A stretch of DNA of 64,000 bases from the human T2T-CHM13v2.0 reference genome, Homo sapiens: NCBI RefSeq assembly GCF_009914755.1, contig NC_060938.1. One strand, given 5' to 3'. The first letter of the stretch is position 1. Each line of letters opens with the position of its first letter. A program made the translations under genes and the position numbers. This document shows, piece after piece, positions 41,102 through 54,718 of this stretch. The notes below the pieces were generated by a model that saw only the letters and a list, made by a program, of their open reading frames with translations, did not search any database and was not told the DNA's origin.

Positions 41102-42293
41102 GGCCTTTTCCTACATGAAAAATTTACTATAGAAAGTCTTCCAATATTCTATTTCTTGGCCTGGTGGTGGATCCACAGATTTTCTTTGTGATGGATCACT
41201 GAGCTAAATATTTTTTATTTTTGCATTTTTCTGATATGAGAAAAAAGTTAAAAGTTATTAAAAGCATGACTTTCTGCTGTGTTGTTCACTAATAACTGAA
41301 ACTCAAAATGTTGGGAAAAGTGTAAAATTATCTTTTATTCTCTTTGATAGTCTCAGAGTTGGGGAACAGCTCCTAAATTTGGAAACATCTAGATTTGCAC
41401 ATTCACTATTCCTGTCTCACCCATTAAGAAAAGACTGACTTATTTAAAAGCTACTTTTTACACATTTAGAATCTAGGGAAATCCTGGAAATAATTTACCA
41501 AACACTACCCTGCTCCTCACTTTACTATTGAAATGTATTTACATTTTAAACATAACGCCATCTAGATGTTTGCTCATAATTCTGCCATGCTTATTGTTCC
41601 AAGAAATGTGGATTTCCATCCATCAGAGAGTTTGAAATCAGGTTCCAAAACAAGGAGCCTAACTCTGAACAAGAACCCATCATTTTTCATGAGGATATAA
41701 TCCACCTCGAGAAGGAGCCACAGTTTAAGTATGCCAGATTTAGGGATAAAATCCCTTTGGGTCTGTGGAGAGGGTGGAAATTTTAATCAACTATTTTCTA
41801 GCTCATAGAATCCCATATGGTGTTGGGTCATTGTGAACATGGGAATGCTTTGACATTGCACATCGCTTTTGTTTCTCCCCCTAAAGTAAAGCCACAACAT
41901 CCTCTGTTTGAGGAGCTGCATTGGGTGGAAGCTACTCCCAAGAGCCTGTTGATGTCTGCTGGCAAAGCTACCCGAGCAAGTCATGCGTGAGTAGTCTTCT
42001 TGCTAATGTTTTGGCATGTCATGATTATGCACTGCTAAGTCTTTGTCAGGAATAAACCTGTTGCCAATGTTTGTTGTTCATGCCTGTTGTTATTAATTTT
42101 CTTTCTTCCCCGCCCTTATGGCAATCACGCTCTATTGTAAAGGGGAAGGAGAAAAAGTAAGGAAGCTGAAGATTGCTGTCCTTCCCAACTGCTTGCAAAA
42201 GCACAGGGAGATGAAGTCTGGGAGAAGGAGAGGAGGGTGTATCAAATAACCTCCAGAAAGCAAGTTCATTGGCAGGAACTCCTAAGTCTAAAG

Positions 42294-42464
42294 CAGTTGT
42301 ACTCTACCTTGGCTGCACATTGGAATCACCAGGGGAGGTTTTAAAAGGCTGATGTCTGGGCCCCTCCTCCATGTTTAAATGTGTCTGGAGATGGGCTAGA
42401 GCATCAGGACTTTGCTTAACTTCCCGAGATGATGCTGATGTGGAATCAAGATTGAGAACCACTG
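42294..42464. mobile_element. MER5A
   Basis: ccttggctgcacattggaatcacc...ttgagaaccactg. Confidence 0.85.
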
Positions 42465-42934
42465 CTCTTAACTCAGTGAGCAATCCCTGCCAGGACCTAC
42501 TCTTTCAATGGTTCCTTGTCTTCCATTCTGACTCATGGAATTATCCCCTTTCAGATGCCATAGGATCACGTGATATTAGAGCCATCCAAGATCTGCAAGA
42601 TCGGTTCATCTTGCCCTCTCTTTTGAAGTAGCTATGATGTGCCACAAAGAACACTGGATCTGGGTCACTCTTCTGCCTCTTACTTAAATGAGCTATGACA
42701 AGTCCTGATGTCTCTCCCAGGCTCTTTTATCTAAGATACTGGACATTTGAGAAATTCAGTGGCCATTACAAAGGCATCAAATTCAGTTTTAGGCATATGG
42801 CAATGCATAGTTGGGCAGTAAATGATCCCTGTTTCTGTTTTTATAGATGGGCACACTATACCCCAAAGGAGTAATTGTCTGGAGCTCTTCCTATTATCAC
42901 TGATGCTGTCAGCAGTTTCTTGCCCTAGTTCTGA

Positions 42935-43268
<334 letters not shown>

Positions 43269-43904
43269 TAATTGGACCAAGTGAAAGCACATCATTTGAA
43301 CTCTATCCATTGGTCATCTCTCATCCCCTTCTCCCATCACCATAGAAACACACATACCCACAAACTTGGTTCAAGAAGATTTATAATACAGGAGAAAACA
43401 GAAATGTTAATACTGCCTTGGGATTTCTAGGGCGGGGACTGCTCACCGACTCCCAGCTCTGAAAATATTTCCACTTTGGAGTCCCAGACAATTTATCTAC
43501 ACCTTCTCTGTTATCTCCTCCATCGACAAAATGGAAAAATTCCACCAGAGATTAATTCTTGCCTGCATGGCACTTTAAAGATTAAAATGCACTACATTAA
43601 AAAAGCCAAGTATAAACCATAGGGAGGAATAGACAAAATCACCAAGGGAAGAGGTAATAACAAGTGAATCAACCAGAAGGTAAGCCTTTACTAAAAATGA
43701 GCTACACGATTGCTATAAACTTAGATTTCCTGTCTTGATCCCTTGAGTATCTGTAGTTTGCCTGATTGAGACTTAACCGAAATCAAAATTCCAGGCAAAG
43801 ATGTTGTGTTTATATAAAAGGAAAAGCCAGTTTTTTTAAATTAAAAAATCCAAGATAAGTTATTTCTTAGGTGAATATTGGGGCTCTCTCTTTCTCTTTC
43901 TTTA

Positions 43905-43908
<4 letters not shown>

Positions 43909-43937
<29 letters not shown>
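43909..43937. repeat. (TG)14 microsatellite
   Basis: Read directly. Confidence 0.95.
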
Positions 43938-46611
43938 CTTTCTTTCATTTGTTGGGCCTCACACATTCAAACATGTCACAGTTGATGGCATCATAAGTCA
44001 TGGATGGATACAGCTAAATGTCTACCTGTGAAAAGCTTTTCCTCTACTGCCAAAAATTTGAGAAAACACTATGAGGTACTAATATAGACTCTTGTCTATA
44101 TTGGAATCACTGCATCTTTCCTGGAAGTCCTGCCCACCACAGGACCCAGAAGCTTTCCATGTATCTTTAAGCTGGAATGGACAAGTGCCACCAGGTGACA
44201 CCAAACTGTGGCCAGGACCAGGATGGATGTAGACGGCACAGACCGTTGCATCTCCCAGATGGTTGGCTAGTTGGGCAACCTCACTCTAGTTATTTTATTA
44301 ACATCAGATTTTAAGCCAGTGAATTTTCTGGATTATGGTTTTCTCATTATGGAGAGAGTTTTACTCTACTATTTCTTCTCAATTCTATACCATATTATTT
44401 TTAAATTTGTATGTTTTAACCCTCAACCAAATTGCAAGTCCACCGAGAGGAAGAATCATGCATTCTGTGGCTCTTGCATACCTCAAGCCCAAAGCATCTA
44501 GTGTGGTATGGATAAAGGAGAGATACTCAACAGCTGCGGGTTTCATTGCTTGTTGAAGCTTTAGTGCACTATGCAGTATCTCAACACAGATTTCTTTAAC
44601 TGCCCCGAAATAAACCTGTCTGCCACAGACACTCCTCCCTGAAATATACCCCTATATACACAGGAGGCTCTTGCAGTTAGCTCTATTATTGGCCAGACGT
44701 TCAGAATACAAGTAGTATATTCCTTTATCAGAGAAGTAAACAAAAGTACAAAATATCTTTGTGATTCAATTGCTTGGTTATAAATACAGGCATCAACTTT
44801 TTCTGATTATCTGGTTTTCCACATAGCTATTTATGAAACCTCTATTTATTTTTCCTGTCTATGCTAAGGGACTAGGGAAATAGAACATCCCCCGCACCAC
44901 ACCCCCCCAACACACACACTAGTAGTGTGTCCTTCTCAGGGGGAGCCACCAGCATAAAAGTCTGGAATGTGCTTGGCTTTGCACCCATCACAGCAAGGCA
45001 TTAGAAATATTGGATTTAGTGTTGTGCGTCCACAGATATAAAATTAGGCCGACAGAAGTCTGGATCTGGGCCTCGCTCCATACTGCTAACTTGTAGAGCA
45101 CCAGTAGCCAAAAGGGTTTGGAACGGTTGCCTCTCTACAGATGCTGCCATTCATTTCTGTGGGAACAAGACCACTTACATCTAATTACAGTTTCTGCTTA
45201 AATTAACAGGACAGATATGACAGCAAAAACTTCTTCAGACTAACTGGTGGGGAGACCTTTAGCTGACACAGCTTATGAAGTAGTTGGCTTGCAGCAAAGC
45301 AATGTCAATTTTTAAAAGTAATTTAGAATTCATATGATTCCACCCAGCAATTTGTGGCAGCCAAATACTTGGGGTGGGGAGGTGGGGCGGTAGGTGGGCA
45401 GGCAGGCACACGCAGCCTTTTAGAAAGAAGAATAGACTATCTTACAGAGTAGATGATTTTAGAAAGATTGGGTTATTTTATATATTACCATTACACACTA
45501 ATAAGTGGTGGAGCTGCCATTTGAACCCTGAGAGCTGGACGGCAGAGCTCTTGCTTTTAACCTTGACTGCCTCCAGGGATACCTCAACCCATAGCGCACG
45601 TTGAAAATGCCACTAACAAACAATTAAAGGAGATTCTGTGCTTAATACTGGTTTGATGACAGTTTTACTGGCGTTCATTCTGGCCAGTCCACTTTATTCT
45701 ATGGAATCCAAGGTGAACTGGATCCCTCAGGAACCTACAAATCCCTAGAATGGGTCACTGCATAACCCTCAGGATAGTCATTATGAAAGCCTGCCTCCAG
45801 CCAGGAAATGGTGCCAGGGCACCTTTGCAAAGCGATATCCCAAAAGACATGAAATTCAGGGTTCACAGAATTTGCCTCTGAACTGCTCTCTTATCAGTAT
45901 TATACCTTGTTCCATCTTCCTTCTTTCAGTTTGCTAAACCTCTCTTATCCATCTACCTAACTTGTCCATTTGATAGCCCTTACCAGACTCCAGTTCTTGC
46001 ATTCATGACCTGGGCTCTGATTACCGTCTCTTTACTTTGATCAAACAACCAAGCAAACAACCACTTTGGCAGGGGGCAGTCTTAGCACGACAGATACCCA
46101 CATGCTGCCCTGTGGACAGCTCTCACCTGGAGCCGACCAACTCTGGAATCAGACATATGGTGGATTTGGGATGTTTGTTTCACTTGGTGCCTAGAGAAGG
46201 ACAAGGAGGGACCCAGTCTTGTTATTTGCGAATGTAGCTAACAAAAATAAAGTTTGCAAAAGTGATTATAGAGTTTCCAGCATATTAGACAGGTATATTT
46301 TCGAAGTATAGATAACTGTATACAATGGAGATATATACATAAACATGCACATATGTAATACATTTTTTATGAGAAACAAACCCCATTTAAAAGTTGTATT
46401 TTTAAACGAATCACTTAAAATTCTCTTAATCACTCATTCTAATTCCTAATTCAAGAGCAGGAAGTCTCTCTTTTTAAAGTATAGTTCTGGAGACTGAATC
46501 ACAGGAGTCAGAGTTGTGAAGTGATAGCTTCTTGTCTACAGCTGACTGACCTTCATATTTTTCCTCCAGTGCAGAATAATATAACAAATTTACCCGAAGA
46601 AATTCTTAGAT

Positions 46612-46836
46612 TAGAAGTCAGCAAACCATGGCCCTTGGGCCAAAATCTAGCCCACTGCTTTTCTTTATAAATAATGTTTTACTGGGACACAGCCATTCTC
46701 CTTTATTTATATATTGTCTACAGCTACTTTTGCACTACAGTGACTGAGTTGAGCAGTTGTGACAGAGACCTTATGGCCCGCAAAACCTAATATATTTACT
46801 ATCTGGCCTTTTATAGAAAAAGTTTGCTTATCCCTG
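46612..46836 (+). mobile_element. MER58A (hAT-Charlie)
   Basis: gtcagcaaaccatggccc...gaaaaagtttgcttatccctg; 8-bp TSD tcttagat/tcctagat. Confidence 0.92.
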
Positions 46837-47206
46837 TCCTAGATGAAAAATATGGGACACAGCTTGCAACATGGATTTTTATTATCAAAAAGAAGCTTCT
46901 TAGTAGGTCTACTCTAAGCCTAACGAAAACACTACACTTGATGTACGGAACTCAGGACACACTGTTCTAAACAGTTGATTTTTTATTCCTGTACTTTAAA
47001 GTCAAATCATTGAAAACTCAAACTTGAACTTAGATACTAAGATATTTTTACCAGTTTACTTTCTCCAGAGTGTACTCAAGTCATAAGATCAAATCATTCA
47101 TTCTTTATTCCCACAGTCTCAGACTAGAAAGATTAATATTTTCCTGGTTGATTTAAATAATAAAAAATAAATGAAGAAAAGCAATTAACAGGTTAATATA
47201 AACCTT

Positions 47207-47505
47207 GGCTAGGCGCAGTAGCCTGTAATCCAAGTACTTTGGGAGGGTGAGGTGGGAGGATCATTTGAGCCCAGGAGTTCAAGATCAGCCTAGTCAACAT
47301 GGTGAGGCCCAGTCTCTATGAAAAATTAAAAAATTAGCCAGGCATGGTGGTACACACCCGTAGTCCCAGCTACTCAGGAGGCTGAGGTGGGAAGATTGCT
47401 TGAGCCTGGGAAGTCAAGGCTGTAATGAGCCCTGGCCGTGCCACTGCATTCCAGCCTGGGTGACAGAGTGAGACTTCAACTTAAAAAAAACAAAAAACAA
47501 AAAAA
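47207..47505 (+). mobile_element. AluJ
   Basis: Dimer with J diagnostics and A-rich tail. Confidence 0.94.
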
Positions 47506-48069
47506 CTCCATTTCTTTGAAGGTGAAGATAAAATAATTGGGGAAATAAATAGTGATAAAATTGATTCTTCCTTAGAGGAAAAAAAAATACTGCTTTCGAC
47601 TACTTTAAATAATTGCTCATTTAAATAGCATTTGGCTATGTAATAATGAGACAGTTTAATGGTTTCCAATCCATTCCAATCTCTCCTGGACACAAAATAA
47701 TTTCAAAACATTCTCAATAAACAAAATGAAACACATCTTTACCTATGAACTTAAAGAGGGTAACAAGGAGGACTTCCTGAGGTTGAAGCATACTGGGGTT
47801 GAAGAAGCAAAGCTTGGGAAGTTACAAAAGCATGTGCTGGGCTCATGGCCATGAATAAAACCATCTCTGAAACTTTGGGCACATACAAAATCTGTCATCT
47901 TTTGAGTCCAATTTATGTTTGTTATTTTAACAAGGTATTTCTGTTTTTATTAATGCTAGACCATTGTTTGGATTACTTCTTTGTGTGGGGGAAGAGAAAA
48001 AAATGGTCAGCATCTCACCTATATAACTGACATGCTGCCTGACATTCATTGCTTCAAGGTACAGGTGGA

Positions 48070-48260
48070 AAAGGATTTGGGCTAATCAAAAGCAGTGACT
48101 CTTATCTCCACTGCTGTCTTGCTGTGTGATCTTGGACAAGCCATTTGCCTATTCTGTGCCTCAGGTTCCTCATCTGAAAAAAAGGAGATCATGAAAACCT
48201 CCCCAACCCACCATCATGTAAAGCTGCAACAAGAAAATGAGGTAGAGAATAAATTAAAGG
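48070..48260 (+). mobile_element. MIR
   Basis: gctgtgtgatcttggacaag...ctgtgcctcaggttcctcatctg. Confidence 0.75.
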
Positions 48261-50179
48261 TTTAATGAAAATTAGAACTTTTCTTTCAGAAGTATGTTAC
48301 TTGTATTTGCAACTCAATTTAAAAATAACTTAAGCATTTTCTTACTTCTAGTTGTGCTAGCAGTCTAAATAGAGAAAGCCCTCATTAGTTCGAATATACC
48401 AGGATTGGCAATTGGGTCCTGTCTTCCCCCAGCTCTCATGCTCAGATGGGCCCGGGCAAAGTTCTTATGTTCCCTAGGATGAGGGTGAGGCCTCAGGGAA
48501 AAACTCTGGGAAGCAGGGACATAGAGAGTGGGACCCCACCTTCCAGGAGCCTCCCAGGCCAATCTCAGTACTGGCCAAAGAAAGGAGAGGCAATTATCTG
48601 GGAGAATTTTGGAATTGCTGTCATTGTCCTGTCAGTCCTAGACAGTCACCAGACCTAGAATTATTCCTATTGATAACATAAGCCAGAGTGAAAAAATCAC
48701 CACAGGTGGTGCCAACCAAAGCTGGCAAAGGGATGGATTTAGATGGTTCATTTTTGGTACTCAGCAGCTAGTCGAACAAGCTTGCTCTGGCCCTTTTCTT
48801 GCAACCCTGTGACCCGTATTTTAGCCAATTTATTTTTTTCAGCCCCCACTTGTCACATTATAATGGGTAATGATGACAAAAGAAAGGCTTAAAATGGGGT
48901 AAAAGCCAGAGATCACTGTCTCTCTCCCTTAAATATTTGTTGGCGAGGAAATGAAAGAATCTAGCATTTTCACTTTACCATTAAAACTTTGATACAGGGC
49001 TTGTTACCACAGAGCAGAGTCTTGAGTTCATTATTAAATGAAGAGGGAAATCTTACTTAGTCTTGGACTTATCTCATAGAATCTTAGAGTTGAATAACAT
49101 TCAGAAACTGCCTTTGAATTTGTGGGTCCTGAATATCTCTTTGTCTTATCAATTAGAACCTGAGAAACAATCTTTTAGGGCTCAAGAACGATAATAAAGT
49201 AAGAAAAGTGTTTTTCCTATGCTCCCTAATGTGACCAGTCAGATATTAATATCAGAGGGGTGATCATATGCAAAACAAGAAAACATACATTACTAGCTAT
49301 TGCTAAAAAGTGCCATTTTACTCAGATCTCTAGCGCATTCTGAAAGCAGAAACTGACACAGAGCCCTACTTAGAGAGAGAATATGACCAGCAGTCCTTCA
49401 GATAGCCACTCCAGTGGGTAAAGAAAAAGTGATAGAAATGGAAATTTTAGCCTTCAGCACACTGGTACTATCCTCCTTCAGGCCACCAATATGCGTTATG
49501 ATCAAAGGAAAGGCAATTTAAATTTGTTGGGCAGAATATTTTTTCCCAGCCTATGGGCAAGGCTGTTTTATTTGCTTGACCCTCTCTACTCCTAAAACTA
49601 TTTATGGTCAGATATTACCAAACGTGTGAAGAGCCACAGAACAAAATTACATTTCTTTTAACCAAGGGTAGGGGAAATAAGTTAATTTCATGCTATTTCT
49701 TGAGGTCAGATAACAAAATGCACATTTACCCAGGAAGAGAAATCATAGGCTTTTCTTCCCAAAATTGTGAGTCCTGAAAGTAAAAGCAGCTGAACCCAGG
49801 AAGTTGATGAAACGACACTCTGAGAGAACCGCTCCTCAGATGGAGAATCCTATGGCAGCCAGTCAGGCTGCTTCCAGAGCACAGGGCATTGATCACAGCT
49901 CCTTCATTGGCCATTAGGGCTCTGGCAGGCAAGCTGCGTGTGGCTCTGTGCTGGATGTCCACTGCTGGGCCTCTGAAGGCTGCTGTGACAAGCCAACCCT
50001 TGGAGCCACCACACAGGACTGAGGGTCTTTGTGCACCTCTCGCCACATTTAAACATGATTCATTGTAAGAAAAAGGATGTGGTGAAAAGGTGGGATCAAA
50101 TGGTTTGTGCCATTAAGAGGAAAGCAGACAACTGAGATGAGTACCAAGTGCTTTTGGGATATGGAGGAATTAATCCATG

Positions 50180-50352
50180 AACTTCAGAGCTGGAAGAGAG
50201 ACCTGAGGGATCATGGAGTCAAACCCCTTTTTGCAATTGTGAGAACAAAGGTCCAGAGAGCTGCCTTGCCCACGATAGACAGCAAGCTGGTAGGAAGGCA
50301 GGACTAGAACACATGGCTCTGCACACAAGTCAGTCCTCTTTCTCCTAAGTTA
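50180..50352 (-). mobile_element. MIR3/MIRc-like SINE
   Basis: agagctggaagagagacctgagggatcat...gcaggactagaac. Confidence 0.6.
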
Positions 50353-50527
50353 CATTGTCTCTAGTTCAGGGAGGTTAAAGTGGCTTTAAAAATAAAGGAA
50401 ATGCTTTCCACGTGTATAACATTCTGATCAGAAATTAAACTCAACTAGGCAGGCTGTCCTGGTCTCTGTTCTTTACATGTCTAAACCTTGGAACTGAATC
50501 AAAATTATGACTCTATTGGTGGGAATG

Positions 50528-50958
50528 CCCAGGGCTGTTAATTATTAATATTCCTTACTGGGGGAAGAATTCAGCGATATTTCTCTTACCCGTTTTTGGT
50601 AATAAGAGAAATGTGGCTCTGTTCTGCCGGGCCCACAGGCAGCCAGACTGTATCTCCCTTGTTCCCTGAAAATCGCTGTTATCCTGTTCTTAAGGTGCCC
50701 AGATTTCGTATTGTTCAAACACACATGCTTTACGAACAATTTGTGCAGTTAACGCAATCATCACAGGGTCCTGAGATGACATACATCCTCAGCTTACGAA
50801 GATGATGGGATTAAGAGATTAAAGTAAAGACAGGCGTAGGAAATTATAAGAGTATCGATTGGGGAAGTGATAAATGTCCATGAAATCTTCACAACTTACG
50901 TTCTTCTGTCACAGCTTCAGCAGGTCCCTCTGTTCGGGGTCCCTGACTTCCCACAACA
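50528..50958 (-). mobile_element. MER11A (HERV-K11/HML-8 LTR), 5' about 430 bp only
   Basis: Reverse complement begins tgttgtgggaagtcagggaccccgaac; contains gattgcgttaactgcacaaattgttcgtaaagc. Confidence 0.92.
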
Positions 50959-51697
50959 GGAATATAAACTGCTAAAGCCATCGTGGAAAACTGTATAGAT
51001 ATTCCTCAAAAAATTAAAAATAGAATTATCATGTGATCCAGCAATCCCAATGGACATTTACCCGAAAGATTTTAAATCAGTATGTGGAAGAGATGCCTGC
51101 ATCCCATGTTCAGTGTAGCACTACTCACAACAGCCAAGTTATGGAATCAACCTAAGTGTCCATCAACAGATGAATGGTTAAAGAAAATGTGGCAGATATA
51201 GACAATGCAATGCTATTCAGCCTTAAAAAAGAGAAATGTTATCATTTGCAACAAAATAGATGAAATCGGAGAACATTATGCTAAATGAAAAGAGCCAGGC
51301 ACAGAAAGCTAAATGCCACATGTTCTCACTTACACGTGGAGTCTAAAACAATCAAACTCATAGAAGCAGAGAGTAGAATGGTGGTTACCAGGGGTGAGGG
51401 GATGGGGGAAATGGGGAGCTGATGGTCAAAGGGTACAAAGCCTCAGTTAGATATGATGAATAAGTTCTTTTGAGATCTATTGCATAGTGTGGTGAACTTC
51501 AAAATTGCTGAGTAAATTTCAAATGTTCTCATCACAAAAGTAATAAGTATTTGAAGTGCTGGATATGTTACTTAGTTTCACTTAATGATTCCACATTGTA
51601 TTCATAAATCACAACATCACTTTGTACTGCATAAATATATACAACTATAAATTAGATCCATTTATAATAAAAATAAATTAACTAACTTAAAAAAACA

Positions 51698-51938
51698 TTT
51701 TTTTTGAAATACAGTCTCGCTCTGTCCCTCCCAGTTCAAGTTATTCTCCTGCCTCAGCTTCCCAAGTAGATGGGATTACAGGTGTGTGCCACCACTCCCA
51801 GCTAATTTTTGTATTTTTGGTAGAGACAGAGTTTCACCATGTTGGCCAGACTGGTCTCAAACTCCTGACCTCATGTGATCCGCCTGCCTCAGTCTCTCAA
51901 AGTGCTGGGATTACAGGCCTGAGCCACCATGCCTGGCC
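51698..51938 (-). mobile_element. AluS with about 50-bp right-arm deletion, in the L1 tail
   Basis: tctcgctctgtc|cctcccagttcaag junction; flanking taaaaaa(a)ca. Confidence 0.92.
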
Positions 51939-52396
51939 TAAAAAACAATTTATGACTCTAATCAAACCAGTCCTTTGTCACAGCCAACTATCTAGGTAAA
52001 CAGGACCCACAGCTTCTTACTTCTTCTCTGGCATCCCAATCATCTTCCCACTCCTCAATGGATTCATTCGTGAACTACAGAATTCCAGACAATGCCTCAT
52101 TTTACCCTCCTAATACTGTCTTCCTCTCCCTCTAATACCAACCAGGCTGAAAGTTTTGCCCCGGGATTCACTGGATTAAAAGAATCGAGGTAGACTCTAA
52201 GAAAAGACATAGTTTGCAAATTCAAGTAGTTTACAACTTTTTATCAGTATAGTAGACAGCAACCAATATATTTCAAATAAAGCTTAATTCCCCAAGGGGG
52301 TGACTATAATGAAGGTACCTGAGAGAACCCCCTGAAGGTCATCATCCCTACTTCTAAAGAACCAAAAGAAAACACAGGTGGCCACAGTTTCTAGAT

Positions 52397-52604
52397 CAGT
52401 GCTTCTCAAACTTTAATAAGCATCAGCATCACCTGGACGGTTTGCTGAACACAGATAGCTGAGCCTTACCCTCATTGTTTGTAATTCAAGAGATCTGGGG
52501 TGGGGCCAGTGATTTATTTGCATTTCTAACACATTCTCTTGATGTTGGTGCTGATGTTGATGCTGATACTGCTTGGCCTGGGCATCATACTTTGAGAATC
52601 ACTG
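52397..52604. mobile_element. MER5A
   Basis: tctagat|cagtgcttctcaaacttt...tttgagaatcactg. Confidence 0.88.
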
Positions 52605-53269
52605 CTGTTTCAGATCAACACTAGGAAAGCCTTGGAATGGGAAAATATAAACTCCTGTTTCCTCCTGAATTGTATTTACATGTCAGATTCCATCACGTAA
52701 TATTGATGAACAACCGCAAATCCTAACAATAAAGCTCTTGCTTGAAGTTTGCTTTTGATTGATGCCTTGTAGACTCTCATATCCCCAGGGAGTTATATAT
52801 CAAGAATGGGGTCCTTTAAGGGCTGAGAGATGAGTAGACTACAGCTAAGATGTTGATTCTAAGAGGAAACTCTGGTCCGACATCCTCAAAATCTACACAG
52901 CTCACTGTCTGATTATCACAAGCTAGAGTGACTTAATCTAGAACCCTACCTAAAGTGAGATCAACAAAACCCAGTAGCCCATACAAATCTGATGCCAGAT
53001 TCTGGGGCAGAGCATCCAGTGGATGATGTTCCCAGAGGCTGGTGCCAATGACCCATGAGCTGTGACCTCAGGCAGGCTAGAGGATGATCTCAGTAATTCT
53101 GTTCTGAAATGCTGCATAGACCAGGAGCTGATGCCATAAAAATATCCCCAAATAGTCTAGCCTTTTTCATGTGCTTCTGAAGAACTTTAACAGTTCTTCC
53201 CCATGGGATGGGCCAATGAAGGGGGAGAAAAATCCCTTGCACAGCATGCTGTGGTTGACAGAGTAATTT

Positions 53270-53440
53270 TCATATGTGTTCTCATTCAATTCTTACAACT
53301 CTGTGAGTGGTAGTATTAGTATCATTCCCATTTTACAGATGAGGAAATGGAAATCCAATAAAGTTTGCCCAAGGTCAAAGAACCGAGATTCAAACCCAGG
53401 CCGCACAAGCTCGATGAATGATGCCACACTGCCTCTCAGA
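53270..53440 (-). mobile_element. MIR
   Basis: cccattttacagatgaggaaa...tttgcccaaggtca...gattcaaacccagg. Confidence 0.85.
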
Positions 53441-53948
53441 GGCCGAGGAACAGATGTACAACAGCAGCCCTGAGAAATGGTTCTGAACAAAAGTCAGGAG
53501 GGCAACCAATAAAACTCATTAAAATTCTTCATGCCAAGCAAAGTAACAAGACAACAGGGCAAGGGGCAAGCTGTTTGGCCAGCAAACGATAGAGAAGCAA
53601 ACAAAAACAAGATATAACTGGAATGTTTTTTTTTTAAAAAAAAAAAAACAGACAGATGTTTACATAGTCATTTCACAATAACAGATTGAGACTTATTTCT
53701 CTGAGAGCACACTTAAAGGTTCTTACATAAACTATCCTGAGAGATCCTTAAGCAGAACACTCACCACTCTCCCAGAGGCATATTTTAATTCTCCATCTTG
53801 CTAATTTTTTTATTTTAGAGTTATCCAGGAAGAACAAGTGCTATAGGAACTAAAACTGCTTTAGTTGAAGGTGGTCAGCTTCCAGTGTTGGAAACTCAAA
53901 GAATAATTAAAAGAATTCTTATTGAGACAGATTTAAACATGTATTCAT

Positions 53949-54355
<407 letters not shown>

Positions 54356-54518
54356 TTATTTTCAGCACTACCTCTCTTCCTAACCTCCACTTTCCCCATC
54401 TCCTATAAAAATCCCAGGTACTTCTTCCTACCTCCTTTTGGCTAAAGACTCAGTTTTCTTTCCTTCCCAATAAAAATCTGCCCTCCAGGAAGAATACGAT
54501 GTTTTCCACACTCTAGAC

Positions 54519-54718
54519 CAATGGATCCTAACTTTGGCTGCATATTAAAAATCACCTTAAAACAACAACAACAAAACAATGTCCAGGCTCCACCCTAAAC
54601 TAGTTAAATCAGAATCTCTGACAGTGAAGCTCTAGCATCAGTATTTAAAAACAAACAAACAAAAACAACTCCTCTCCTCCAAGTGATTCTAACATGTAGC
54701 CAGGGTTGGAAATCACTA
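54519..54718. mobile_element. MER5A
   Basis: ctctagac flank; ctttggctgcatatta...ttaaatcagaatctct...aagtgattctaacatgtagccagggttg. Confidence 0.8.

Larger units (their letters stand above)
50516..51945 (+). mobile_element. 5'-truncated L1MA with TSD, hosting MER11A and an Alu
   Basis: L1 ORF2 end / 3' UTR 50959-51690 (cctcaaaaaattaaaaatagaa, caacctaagtgtccatcaacagatgaatgg); TSD core ttatgactcta at 50505-50515 and 51950-51960. Confidence 0.88.

Noticed and set aside
44186-44203. CTCF-like words (gccaccaggtgacac; also gcaccagagggtg near 55332)
   Set aside because: Each mismatches the highly informative GGC core; not supportable without ChIP data.
51391-51417. Canonical G-quadruplex motif
   Set aside because: It is the usual G-rich tract of the L1 3' UTR and already explained by the repeat.
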